64,000 nt of DNA, from contig JAFZQJ010000032.1 of assembly GCA_017620395.1 (NCBI GenBank), forward strand, positions 21,594 through 85,593, in the 5' to 3' direction. Source of the DNA: Clostridia bacterium (GTDB lineage Bacteria; Bacillota; Clostridia; Oscillospirales; RGIG8002). Position numbers and translations under genes: made by a program. This document shows positions 1-8,309 of the stretch, one piece after another; the first letter of the stretch is position 1, and every line of letters starts with the position of its first letter. The notes below the pieces were generated by a model that was not told the DNA's origin, did no database searches, and saw only the letters and a program-made list of their open reading frames with translations.

Positions 1-177
1 CGGATCGTAGGGCAGGTTGGTCGTGACGTCGTTTTCCGTCAGCTCGACCTTGCCGTCCTGCACGTCCTTCGGGTGCACGAACTTGATCTCGTCGATCATA
101 TCGAGCTCGCGGAGCATCATCGCGCAGGCGAGTCCGTCGAAGTCGCTGCGGGTAACAAGTCTCATTTTCTTATCCAT
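1..177 (-). CDS. DHH-superfamily phosphoesterase-like protein, N-terminal 59 codons only (gene runs off the left edge)
   Basis: ATG at 175-177 (minus) preceded by a GGAGGG RBS. Translation MDKKMRLVTRSDFDGLACAMMLRELDMIDEIKFVHPKDVQDGK resembles DHH-type phosphoesterase N-termini. Too short for the ORF track. Confidence 0.4.
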   Translation of the reverse strand, partial: MDKKMRLVTRSDFDGLACAMMLRELDMIDEIKFVHPKDVQDGKVELTENDVTTNLPYDP

Positions 178-301
178 AATAACCCTCCGAAACAGATTTG
201 TTTACAAGTTGATTATAGCATTTTCCTCCCGCTTTTTCAATAGCGAAGTTGCCCGGACAGGCGATTTTATTCCCCGAGTCCGAAACAATATCAAAAAACG
301 G

Positions 302-329
302 TTGATAATTCGCGAAAAATCGTTATACT
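302..329 (+). promoter_or_regulatory. sigma-A-type promoter of the PIG-L deacetylase gene
   Basis: TTGATA (302-307), 16-nt spacer, TATACT (324-329). Confidence 0.5.
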
Positions 330-364
330 TAATATGTAAGTTTGTACGCAGGGAGGCGCGCGCT

Positions 365-1885
365 TTGAATAACGCTCACACCGGAAAAACCGCATATTTC
401 GCGAGGAGGACGCTCGCGCTGCTGCTTGCGTTTTTATTCGCCGCCGCGCTCGCGCCGGCCGCCCGCGCCGATGATGCCGCGGCCGCGAAGCGTCTGCGGC
501 TGACGGTTTCCGGCGGATACGCCGCGACGCCGAGCAAATTCCTCGCCGAGGGCGCGGACCCGCTGACCGACGGCTCCTACCGCACGGAAGCGCGCGTCTA
601 CGGAACCCTCTCGCTCTCCGCGCCGGCGAATATTGCGAACCTTTACATATCCTTCTCTGATACTCCGACCGAGTTCACGGTCACGGCCGGCGACCGGCGT
701 CTGCGCTGCGTGCCGCAATACCTCGAAGTCTGCGTGGACGTTTCCGCGCTCGCCTCGAGCACGCTTTCGCTCGCGTTCATCGGCACGGTCAACGTCTGCG
801 ACGTGTACGCCTACGGCGAGGGCGAGCTGCCCGGCTTCGTTCAGCGGTGGGAGCCGCCGTGCGAGAAGGCGGATATCCTGCTCATCTCCGCGCACGCCGA
901 CGACGAGCATCTTTATTTCGCGGGGCTTCTCCCCTACTACGCGGGCGAGCTCGGCTGCGCCGTGCAGGTCGCGTACTTCACCGACCACGTCGCCGAGCCC
1001 TACCGCCGCCACGAGCTGCTGAACGGCCTCTGGACCGCGGGCGTGCGCAATTACCCCGTCATCGGCTCGGTGCCGGACGCCTTCTCCAACTCCGAAAAGG
1101 AGGCGCTGAAAAAGCTCTCCGCCGCCGGAATGTCACGCGACGACGCGCTGCTGCAGCAGGTGCGGCTGATACGCCGCTTCAAGCCGCAGGTCGTCGTAAC
1201 GCACGACCTCGAAGGCGAATACGGGCACGGTCAGCACCGCCTCTGCGCCTCCACCGCTCTGGAAGCCGCCGGAATCGCCGCGAACGCGGAAAGCGATCCC
1301 GCGAGCGTTTCGCTCTACGGCGCGTGGGACGCGCCGAAGCTCTACCTGCACCTCTACCCCGAGAATCAGATCAATATGAACTGGGACTTCCCGCTCGACG
1401 CCTTCGGCGGCAAGACCGCATTTCAGGTCAGTCAGGACGGCTACGCCTGCCACCTGAGTCAGCGCGGACCTCGCTTCGACAACTGGATCTTCGGCGAGAA
1501 AAACGAGATAACGAAGGCGGCCGAGATCGCCGAATACTCCCCCTGCATTTACGGTCTGGCGCGGACGAACGTCGGCGCGGACGTGAATAAAAACGACTTC
1601 CTCGAGAACGTAATCACCTACGCGGAGCAGGAACGCCTCGCGGCCGAGGCCGAAGCCAAACGGCAGGAGGAGGAACGCGCCGCCGCTGAAGCCGAAGCGA
1701 AGGCTAAGGCCGACGAAGAAGCGAAAAAGCGGGCGGACGCGGACGCCGCCTCCGAAAGCGACGCCTCCCGCGCGCGCGGAATGAACGCGCTCGCCGTCGC
1801 CGCCGCCTGCCTGCTCGCGCTCTCCGTCGCCGCCTACGCGGCGCGCAGGGCGTTCGATAAAAAGCAAAGGAGCAAAACGAAATGA
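365..1885 (+). CDS. PIG-L/LmbE-family deacetylase with signal-like N-terminus and C-terminal coiled-coil plus membrane anchor
   Basis: In-frame TTG at 365, 8 nt after GGAGG (352-356). Hydrophobic N-terminus LALLLAFLFAAALAPAARA. AHADDEH and THDLEGEYGHGQH motifs of the PIG-L family. The Ala/Glu/Lys-rich tail ends in a hydrophobic segment. The ORF-track start at 17 runs through the promoter and was rejected. Confidence 0.7.
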   Translation: MNNAHTGKTAYFARRTLALLLAFLFAAALAPAARADDAAAAKRLRLTVSGGYAATPSKFLAEGADPLTDGSYRTEARVYGTLSLSAPANIANLYISFSDTPTEFTVTAGDRRLRCVPQYLEVCVDVSALASSTLSLAFIGTVNVCDVYAYGEGELPGFVQRWEPPCEKADILLISAHADDEHLYFAGLLPYYAGELGCAVQVAYFTDHVAEPYRRHELLNGLWTAGVRNYPVIGSVPDAFSNSEKEALKKLSAAGMSRDDALLQQVRLIRRFKPQVVVTHDLEGEYGHGQHRLCASTALEAAGIAANAESDPASVSLYGAWDAPKLYLHLYPENQINMNWDFPLDAFGGKTAFQVSQDGYACHLSQRGPRFDNWIFGEKNEITKAAEIAEYSPCIYGLARTNVGADVNKNDFLENVITYAEQERLAAEAEAKRQEEERAAAEAEAKAKADEEAKKRADADAASESDASRARGMNALAVAAACLLALSVAAYAARRAFDKKQRSKTK

Positions 1886-2508
1886 ACGAAAACCTCTTCA
1901 AACGCAACGAGCTGCTCGCGCAGAAGGTTATAAAGGGGCTTGAGTCCCGCAACATGACCGGCTTCTACGCCGAAAGCAAGGAGGCCGCGCTCGCCAAGGC
2001 GCTCGAGCTCATCCCCGAGGGAAGCTCCGTCACTATGGGCGGCGGAATGAGCGTCCACGAGATCGGGCTCGTCGCCGCGCTGAAGGAGGGCCGCTACAAC
2101 TTCATCGACCGTGAGAAGATGGACCGCCGCGCCGCGATGCTCGCCGCCTACGACGCGGACTTCTTCCTCTCGAGCGCGAACGCGATGACAGAGGACGGCG
2201 TCATAGTCAACATCGACGGCAACGCCAACCGCGTTTCCGCGATTGCCTACGGACCGAAGAAGGTGCTGATGATCGTCGGCATGAACAAGATCTGCCCCGA
2301 CGTCGACTCCGCGATGAAGCGCGCCCGGAACGTCGCCGCGCCCGCGAACACGCAGCGCTTCGGCATCAACACCCCCTGCGCGAAGACCGGCGCCTGCGCG
2401 GACTGCAAGTCTCACGACACCATCTGCTGCCAGTTCCTCGTCACCCGCTACTCCCGCCACGACGGCAGGATAAACGTCATACTCGTCAACGACTCGCTCG
2501 GCTTCTGA
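1882..2508 (+). CDS. LUD-domain (lactate-utilisation YkgG/LutC-like, DUF162) protein
   Basis: ATGA overlap with the upstream stop. Sequence resembles LUD-domain proteins (GGGMSVHEIGL, NANRVSAIAYGPKKV) with a C-terminal Cys cluster CAKTGACADCKSHDTICC. Confidence 0.55.
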   Translation: MNENLFKRNELLAQKVIKGLESRNMTGFYAESKEAALAKALELIPEGSSVTMGGGMSVHEIGLVAALKEGRYNFIDREKMDRRAAMLAAYDADFFLSSANAMTEDGVIVNIDGNANRVSAIAYGPKKVLMIVGMNKICPDVDSAMKRARNVAAPANTQRFGINTPCAKTGACADCKSHDTICCQFLVTRYSRHDGRINVILVNDSLGF

Positions 2509-2525
2509 GCCAAAGGAAGCAACCG

Positions 2526-3374
2526 ATGAAATACATAGAAAACCAAACCTTCCCGCACGAACGCGACCTTTACGCCGCGGACGGCGTTCACCTGCTTTCC
2601 TGCGCCTTCGACGGCGAGGAGGACGGCGAATCCGCGCTCAAGCACGCGAAAAATATTACGGCGGAGAAGTGCTTTTTCAACCTGCGCTATCCGCTCTGGC
2701 ACTGCGAGGACGTGCGGCTGCGCGAATGCGTGATGACGGATAAGTGCCGCGCCGCGCTCTGGTATACGCGCCGCGGCGTTATCGAAAACTGCGAGCTCGG
2801 CGGCATAAAGGCGCTGCGCGAATGCGACGAAATCGAAATATCCGCATCGGATATAGTTTCGCCCGAGTTCGGCTGGCGCTGCCGCGGAGTCGGTATGCGC
2901 GACTGCCGCGTCGAAAGCGAATACCTCTTCCTCGGGGCGGACGGCGTATCCTGGAGCGGCGTCGGCTTCAAGGGCAAGTATTCCTTCCAGTACGCGCGCG
3001 GCGTCGAAATCAGCAACTGCACGCTCGACACGAAGGACGCCTTCTGGCACGCCGAAAACGTTACCGTGCGCGACAGCGTTATCAACGGCGAATACCTCGG
3101 CTGGTACTCCGACGGGCTGACGCTGATAAACTGCCGCATAAACGGCACGCAGCCGCTCTGCTGCTGCACGAACCTCAAGCTGATAAACTGCGAAATGACC
3201 GGCGCCGACCTCGCGTTCGAATACTCCGACGTCGAAGCCGACCTGCGCGGAAACCTCGTCTCCGTCAAGAACCCCCGCGGCGGCCGCATAACCGCCGACC
3301 GCATAGGCGAGATCATACTGACCGAAGACAGCGTTTATCCGCCCCTCTGCGAAATCGCGCAGAGGAAGGCGTAA
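2526..3374 (+). CDS. DUF3737-like beta-helix repeat protein
   Basis: 282-aa ORF with repeated xNCxL/xDCxV turns (ENCELGG, RDCRVES, ISNCTLD, LINCRING, LINCEMTG) typical of right-handed beta-helix DUF3737 proteins. Confidence 0.45.
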   Translation: MKYIENQTFPHERDLYAADGVHLLSCAFDGEEDGESALKHAKNITAEKCFFNLRYPLWHCEDVRLRECVMTDKCRAALWYTRRGVIENCELGGIKALRECDEIEISASDIVSPEFGWRCRGVGMRDCRVESEYLFLGADGVSWSGVGFKGKYSFQYARGVEISNCTLDTKDAFWHAENVTVRDSVINGEYLGWYSDGLTLINCRINGTQPLCCCTNLKLINCEMTGADLAFEYSDVEADLRGNLVSVKNPRGGRITADRIGEIILTEDSVYPPLCEIAQRKA

Positions 3375-3399
3375 ATCAATATCAAAGGATGATTCTTCA

Positions 3400-4758
3400 A
3401 TGAAAAACCGTTTCAAAAAGACCGTTTCCGCGATCGTCGCGCTGCTCATGATCGCTGCGCTGCTGCCCGCGGGCTTCGCCGCCTCCGCGCTGGACGACGT
3501 TGACGACGACAAGTGCGGCGAAAACCTCACATGGTCGCTCGACGACGGAGTACTGACGATCAGCGGCTCCGGCGCGATGGACGACTTTATGTTCGGCGGC
3601 CCGTGGGGCTACTCGCCGACAGCCGTCGTCATCGAAGAAGGCGTCACGAGCATAGGCGAAAACGCCTTCTACCAGAATTCTTATCTTAATTCCGTCAGCA
3701 TCCCGTCCACCGTCGCGGGCATCGGCGAAGACGCCTTCTATAAGTGCAGCGGCCTCGAAAGCATCACCGTCGCCTCCGGCAACAAAAACTACCGCTCCGC
3801 CGGCGGCTGCCTGATCGAAACGAAGACCGGCACGCTGCTGACCGCCGCGCAGGGCTTCACTATCCCCGACGACGGCAGCGTTACCGCGATCGCGGACGAC
3901 GCTTTCGCATACTTCGAATGGCTGACCGATCCGTCGCTTCCCGACAGCATCACGAGCATAGGCGATTGCGCGTTCGACCGCACGGGCTTCCACGAAAACG
4001 ACGACAACTGGAAGGACGGCGCGCTCTATCTCGGCAAGTGGCTTATCGATACCGAAACGAGCGATCTGCCCGACCCGTTCGAGATCAAGGCCGGCACCGT
4101 CGGACTCGCGTCAAAGAGCGTTATGTTTTACAAATACTCCGACGTCGTCCTGCCGGAAGGTCTGAAATACGTCGGCGCCTACGCCTTTCAGAGCGCGAAG
4201 CTGACCTCGCTGACGCTCCCCTCGAGCGTTGAAGTCATAGAAGAGTGGGCGTTCGGCTACTGCTCGAGGATAACCTCCGTCACCATCCCCGCCTCAGTCA
4301 GAGAGCTCGGCGAATACGCCTTCTACGCCTGCAACGCGCTCGGCGGCATAACCTTCAACGAAGGGCTGAAGAGCATAGGCAAATGCGCCTTCTACACGAG
4401 CGGAAACTACGGGAAGCCGACGATACCGTTCAGCGTGGGATTCATCGGACTCCACGCCTTCAACGAAGACACCACGCTGCGCGTATACGAATACTCCTAC
4501 GCGCTGCGGCACGCGATCGAAAACGAGATAAGCTACGAGCTGCTGCCGCACGACCCGGTCGCGGTCAAGGGCGACTTCGACGGCGACGGCGAGATCTCCG
4601 TCGCGGACGCGCTCGCCGCGCTCCGCATCGCCGCGAAACTTGTCGCGGAAACGCCCGAGGCGGTGGAGACCGGCGACACGGACGGCGACGGACACGTCAC
4701 CGTCGCGGACGCGCTCGCGATACTCCGCGTTGCGGCAAAGCTGATCGAATCTCTGTGA
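3400..4758 (+). CDS. secreted BspA-type leucine-rich-repeat protein with C-terminal type-I dockerin
   Basis: Signal peptide (VSAIVALLMIAALLPAGFAASA). Repeated IPxSVxxIGxxAF LRR units. The C-terminus has duplicated Ca-binding loops DFDGDGEISVADALAALR and DTDGDGHVTVADALAILR (about 4561-4755). Confidence 0.8.
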   Translation: MKNRFKKTVSAIVALLMIAALLPAGFAASALDDVDDDKCGENLTWSLDDGVLTISGSGAMDDFMFGGPWGYSPTAVVIEEGVTSIGENAFYQNSYLNSVSIPSTVAGIGEDAFYKCSGLESITVASGNKNYRSAGGCLIETKTGTLLTAAQGFTIPDDGSVTAIADDAFAYFEWLTDPSLPDSITSIGDCAFDRTGFHENDDNWKDGALYLGKWLIDTETSDLPDPFEIKAGTVGLASKSVMFYKYSDVVLPEGLKYVGAYAFQSAKLTSLTLPSSVEVIEEWAFGYCSRITSVTIPASVRELGEYAFYACNALGGITFNEGLKSIGKCAFYTSGNYGKPTIPFSVGFIGLHAFNEDTTLRVYEYSYALRHAIENEISYELLPHDPVAVKGDFDGDGEISVADALAALRIAAKLVAETPEAVETGDTDGDGHVTVADALAILRVAAKLIESL

Positions 4759-4765
4759 AAAAACT

Positions 4766-4791
4766 GCCCGCCGTTGACAAAAACGGCGGGC
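4766..4791 (+). terminator. GC hairpin after the LRR-dockerin gene (possible terminator, no U-tract)
   Basis: GCCCGCCGTT-gacaaa-AACGGCGGGC, 8 nt after the stop at 4758. Confidence 0.4.
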
Positions 4792-4802
4792 GGCGTTATA
4801 AT
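4774..4802 (+). promoter_or_regulatory. consensus sigma-A promoter of the 70-aa protein gene
   Basis: TTGACA (4774-4779), 17-nt spacer, TATAAT (4797-4802). The -35 lies in the loop of the 10-bp hairpin at 4766-4791. Confidence 0.7.
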
Positions 4803-4832
4803 ATTACATAATAAAAATCGGGAGGAAAAACA

Positions 4833-5045
4833 ATGGACGTTAAAGAAATCGAAAAAGCGATATCCTCGATAACCGGCAGCAGCACGAAGCTCGACGCCTT
4901 CAAGAAGGACCCCGTCGCCGCGGTAAAAAGCGTTGTCGGCGCAGTGCCGAAGGACGTTATCGACAAGATCGTCGACGGCGTCAAGGCGAAGATCGCCTCC
5001 GACAAGGTCTCCGGCGCTATCGACGCGGTCAAGGGACTGTTTTAA
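4833..5045 (+). CDS. small (70 aa) Lys/Asp/Val-rich hypothetical protein
   Basis: GGGAGG RBS 7 nt upstream, consensus promoter at 4774-4802 and a 20-bp-stem terminator immediately downstream. No family recognised. Confidence 0.6.
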   Translation: MDVKEIEKAISSITGSSTKLDAFKKDPVAAVKSVVGAVPKDVIDKIVDGVKAKIASDKVSGAIDAVKGLF

Positions 5046-5051
5046 GTATCA

Positions 5052-5095
5052 GGTTATTAAAAAAGCACGCCTCGCGGCGTGCTTTTTTAATAACC
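5052..5095. terminator. bidirectional intrinsic terminator
   Basis: Perfect 20-bp stem GGTTATTAAAAAAGCACGCC / GGCGTGCTTTTTTAATAACC with loop TCGC. A- and T-runs lie inside the stem, between convergent genes. Confidence 0.85.
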
Positions 5096-5099
5096 TTTT

Positions 5100-5999
5100 T
5101 TATATTCTGCGCAGCTTCATCATGCCGTCGCCGAAGGGCAGCAGGCCGTTTTCGTCGAACGCCAGCTCGTCCCACGGGGACTGCTCTTCGCCGAAAAGCT
5201 CGCGGTGTTCGCCGGTGTTGTAGTAATACCTGCCGTCGACCGCCTTCCACTCCTTTTCGCCGCCGGCGGTGAACATACCGTCCTTGTAACCGGAGATCTC
5301 GCCCGCCTCGAGCGCGGCTTTTATCTTCTCCTCGAAGACTCCGGCGGGCAGCTTCATCCACTGCACGACCTTGTGATCCGCGGTGAACTCGACGCGGCCG
5401 CCGAAGACGCCGAGCGCTTCGCTCGCCTCGTCCTCATCCGCGCCGCGCGCTTTGAGGTCCGCCTCGACCGCTTCCCTGCCGAAAAGCCCGAAGTCGCCGC
5501 CGACCATAGTCATCGCCTCGGCGATCTCGTAGACGCCGACGATGCCGTCAAGCGCCCTGTCCGCTTCACTCGGCTCGATATCGCCGACGTCCTTCGGCTC
5601 GGTCACGACGCCGTCGGCGGTCTTTTTCAGCGCGACGGCGAGGAAGCCGAGCCCGAAAACGAGGTTGTCGCCCTGCTGCGAAAGCGTCTCCGCGCTCTTG
5701 CGGAAATCGCCCTCGGGGATATCCATAAACGCGCCGAGCGTGTAGTGATAATCACCCCAACCCGTCTGCTCCCACGTTCCGCGCTCCTCTTTGCCGGAGC
5801 CGGAATCGCGCATAACGACGGTGTGATCCTCGAAAAATTCGTAGGTCAGCGCGGTGAAATCCCTGCCGTCGTCGCTTTTGAACTCGGACGCGGGGATATG
5901 CGCTAGGTCGTTCGAGAACGCGTTGACTATGTAGTCCGGCCGCCACGTTCCGACGATGAATTTCAATCCTCTGCGGAGGTCCTGCTCGTCGAGCGTCAT
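5100..5999 (-). CDS. hypothetical protein (299 aa)
   Basis: Long ORF with non-shadow amino-acid composition, convergent with 4833-5045 and sharing its terminator. No motif recognised. Confidence 0.6.
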   Translation of the reverse strand: MTLDEQDLRRGLKFIVGTWRPDYIVNAFSNDLAHIPASEFKSDDGRDFTALTYEFFEDHTVVMRDSGSGKEERGTWEQTGWGDYHYTLGAFMDIPEGDFRKSAETLSQQGDNLVFGLGFLAVALKKTADGVVTEPKDVGDIEPSEADRALDGIVGVYEIAEAMTMVGGDFGLFGREAVEADLKARGADEDEASEALGVFGGRVEFTADHKVVQWMKLPAGVFEEKIKAALEAGEISGYKDGMFTAGGEKEWKAVDGRYYYNTGEHRELFGEEQSPWDELAFDENGLLPFGDGMMKLRRI

Positions 6000-6027
6000 A
6001 ATGTGTTCCGCCTTTCTTTTTTTATAA

Positions 6028-7527
6028 TCAGTTTGCTATCTTGAAATGCGCGCCGGGGCTGTCCGCCGTCAGCGGCAGGAAGGTGTAGCCGTGCTCGAGC
6101 CCCCACTGGATTATCTTCTCGACCGCGTTGACGCTGAAGCCCTTTATGTCGTGCTGGAGCACGATGGAATACTTGCGCCCCTTGATGCCGTTGACGACGT
6201 TTTTGTAGACCTGCTCGGTGCTTGTCGTGCCGCCCGCGTCGCCGCTGGAAACGTTCCAGTCGAAGTATTTGTAGCCCTTCTCCTGCACCGCCTCGGCGAG
6301 CCGCGTCATTATGCCTGTGCAGTAGTGGCGGCTGACCGTGTTCGAGCTGCCGCCCGGGAAGCGCAGCAGAGTCGCGTATGAGCCGGTCTTTTCTTTTATT
6401 ATCTCGTTCATCGCGTTGAAGTCCTTGAAATAGGCCTCTTCGCTCGCGTATATATCCTTATATTCGTGCGTCAGACTGTGGACGGCGACGGTGTGTCCCT
6501 CCGCCGCTTCGCGCGCGATAAGGTCGACGCGCCCCGTCTTGACGACGAAGAAGGTCGCCTTGACGTTGTATTTTTTCAGCACGTCGAGCAGTTTTTCGGT
6601 ATATTTGCTCGGTCCGTCGTCGAAGGTCAGATAGATGACCTTTCCCGCGCCGTCGACCTCCGGCGAATCGTCGTCGCCGGGGACGGTGCCGTCCTTGCCG
6701 CGTATGATCACGGTGCGCTTAACGGTGGTTTCGTTGCCGTAGGAATCCCTGACGGTATAGCGCAGGTTGTAAAGCCCGGGGTTTTCGTTATCCACAGCGC
6801 CCTTGACCTCGACCTTGTCGGTCAGGTCTCCGTCGAGGTTATCCGCCGCGGTGTAGCCCGGCTCCTCGAACTTTCCCTCGCCGACGGTGAAGGTCACGCT
6901 CTTCTCGCCCTTCAGCGTTATCTCTGGCGGGACGGGGTCGTCGAAGGGTATCTCGCGCGTCGCGGTCGCGACGTTTCCGGCGGCGTCGGCGACGGTGTAG
7001 GTCGCAACGCTGCCCTCTATCGTGCGGACAACCTGCGCTGTGAGGTCTCCGTCGACCGCGTCGGAGGCGGAATAGCCCGCGTCGTCATACTCCGTGCCGG
7101 GCAGGACGTATTCGCGCTCCTCCGGCACGAGCGTTATGACCGGCGGCGTGGTATCCACGACGCTGACGACGCAGCGGCGTGTCTGCGAGCCGAGGAAGTA
7201 TGAAACGCTCCACGTCACCTCGTATTCGCCCGGCTTCGTGAAATCGACCTCGCCTTCGCGCTCGACCTCGAGCGCGCGGCCGTCTTTGTCGAAGATATTT
7301 CCGCGCAGCTCGGCGGTGACGTCCGGCAGCTCGAATCCGCTGCCGCATTCGACGGTCAGCGTTTCTTCCTCCGGCAGTCCGGTGAACTCGACCTGTCTGT
7401 TATTCGCCAGATGCAGCGTCAGCGCCGCCGCCGCGATAAGAACGGCCGCGATCGCCGCGATAAGCGCCGCCTTCCGCGATCGCGGATTCCATTTTGACGG
7501 TTTGAAAAGCTTAAATCTCGTACTCAT
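6028..7527 (-). CDS. membrane-anchored polysaccharide deacetylase (NodB/CE4 domain) with Ig-like repeats
   Basis: N-terminal TM (ALIAAIAAVLIAAAALTL). Three bacterial Ig-like/DUF5011-type repeats (DTTPPVITL, DPVPPEITL). NodB motifs YLTFDDGPS and VHSLTHEY. Confidence 0.8.
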   Translation of the reverse strand: MSTRFKLFKPSKWNPRSRKAALIAAIAAVLIAAAALTLHLANNRQVEFTGLPEEETLTVECGSGFELPDVTAELRGNIFDKDGRALEVEREGEVDFTKPGEYEVTWSVSYFLGSQTRRCVVSVVDTTPPVITLVPEEREYVLPGTEYDDAGYSASDAVDGDLTAQVVRTIEGSVATYTVADAAGNVATATREIPFDDPVPPEITLKGEKSVTFTVGEGKFEEPGYTAADNLDGDLTDKVEVKGAVDNENPGLYNLRYTVRDSYGNETTVKRTVIIRGKDGTVPGDDDSPEVDGAGKVIYLTFDDGPSKYTEKLLDVLKKYNVKATFFVVKTGRVDLIAREAAEGHTVAVHSLTHEYKDIYASEEAYFKDFNAMNEIIKEKTGSYATLLRFPGGSSNTVSRHYCTGIMTRLAEAVQEKGYKYFDWNVSSGDAGGTTSTEQVYKNVVNGIKGRKYSIVLQHDIKGFSVNAVEKIIQWGLEHGYTFLPLTADSPGAHFKIAN

Positions 7528-8246
7528 TCATCCATCCCCGCCGTTTCGACCTTCGCGGAGAAGCATACGGCTCCGTCGCGGACGAAGGCGAAAAAGCCCT
7601 GCCCGTCGGTAAGGACGGAGAACTCCGCTTCCGGCGGAAGCTCTTTGCTGTAATTCATTTCAAGCGCGGCTATGCGCTCGCCCTTCGGCAGATAGTCCGT
7701 AAGGATATCGACGTAGCGGGTGTTGTTCAGATGCCCGTACTGGTCGATATAGTGCGGGTAAACGACGCGCCTGCCGAGCTCGGTCATATTCTCCGGCGGC
7801 GTCAGCTTCGCCGGCGCGGGCGCGGTGACGGTGAACGCCTCGACCCGCGGCAGGTAGCTGTCGTCGTGACGCCCGGGACGGATGATGCGCTTCTTTTCGC
7901 TGTCCACCAGCGTCCAGTAGGAGTGCGCGTCGGCGAGCAGCTCTCCGCGCGCGTCCCGCAGCGCGTAGTAACGGACGAAGAAAAGCCCGTCGTAGCGCGG
8001 GGCGCAGGTCAGCGCGGTAACGACCTCCTCGTATTTCGGCAGGCGGTAAAACCGCACGTTGTTGCGGACGATAACGAGCATCTCGTGAAGCTCGTTCATA
8101 ACGTAAAAACCGTGGTTCGCGCGCTCCATATGCTCCATACCGGTCTGCTGGAACTGCCGCAGGATATCGGTCTCGCGCATACGCTCGCCGACGGTTATCA
8201 TATTGCTGTCCACGCGGAACTCGCGCGACACCATTGAGAGATCCAT
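7524..8246 (-). CDS. acyl-ACP thioesterase-like (double hotdog) protein
   Basis: 240 aa. Layout and motifs (YPHYIDQYGHLNNTRYVDIL) resemble acyl-ACP thioesterases. Its stop overlaps the start of the deacetylase gene (ATGA). Confidence 0.55.
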   Translation of the reverse strand: MDLSMVSREFRVDSNMITVGERMRETDILRQFQQTGMEHMERANHGFYVMNELHEMLVIVRNNVRFYRLPKYEEVVTALTCAPRYDGLFFVRYYALRDARGELLADAHSYWTLVDSEKKRIIRPGRHDDSYLPRVEAFTVTAPAPAKLTPPENMTELGRRVVYPHYIDQYGHLNNTRYVDILTDYLPKGERIAALEMNYSKELPPEAEFSVLTDGQGFFAFVRDGAVCFSAKVETAGMDE

Positions 8247-8278
8247 AATTGAGTTATCCTTTCGGGCGAAAACGCCGC

Positions 8279-8302
8279 CGTCGCCGGCGGCGTAAGCCGT
8301 GT
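8279..8302 (-). terminator. intrinsic terminator after the acyl-CoA synthetase gene
   Basis: On the minus strand CGCCGCCG-gcga-CGGCGGCG followed by TTTT. Confidence 0.6.
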
Positions 8303-8309
8303 TTCGGTA

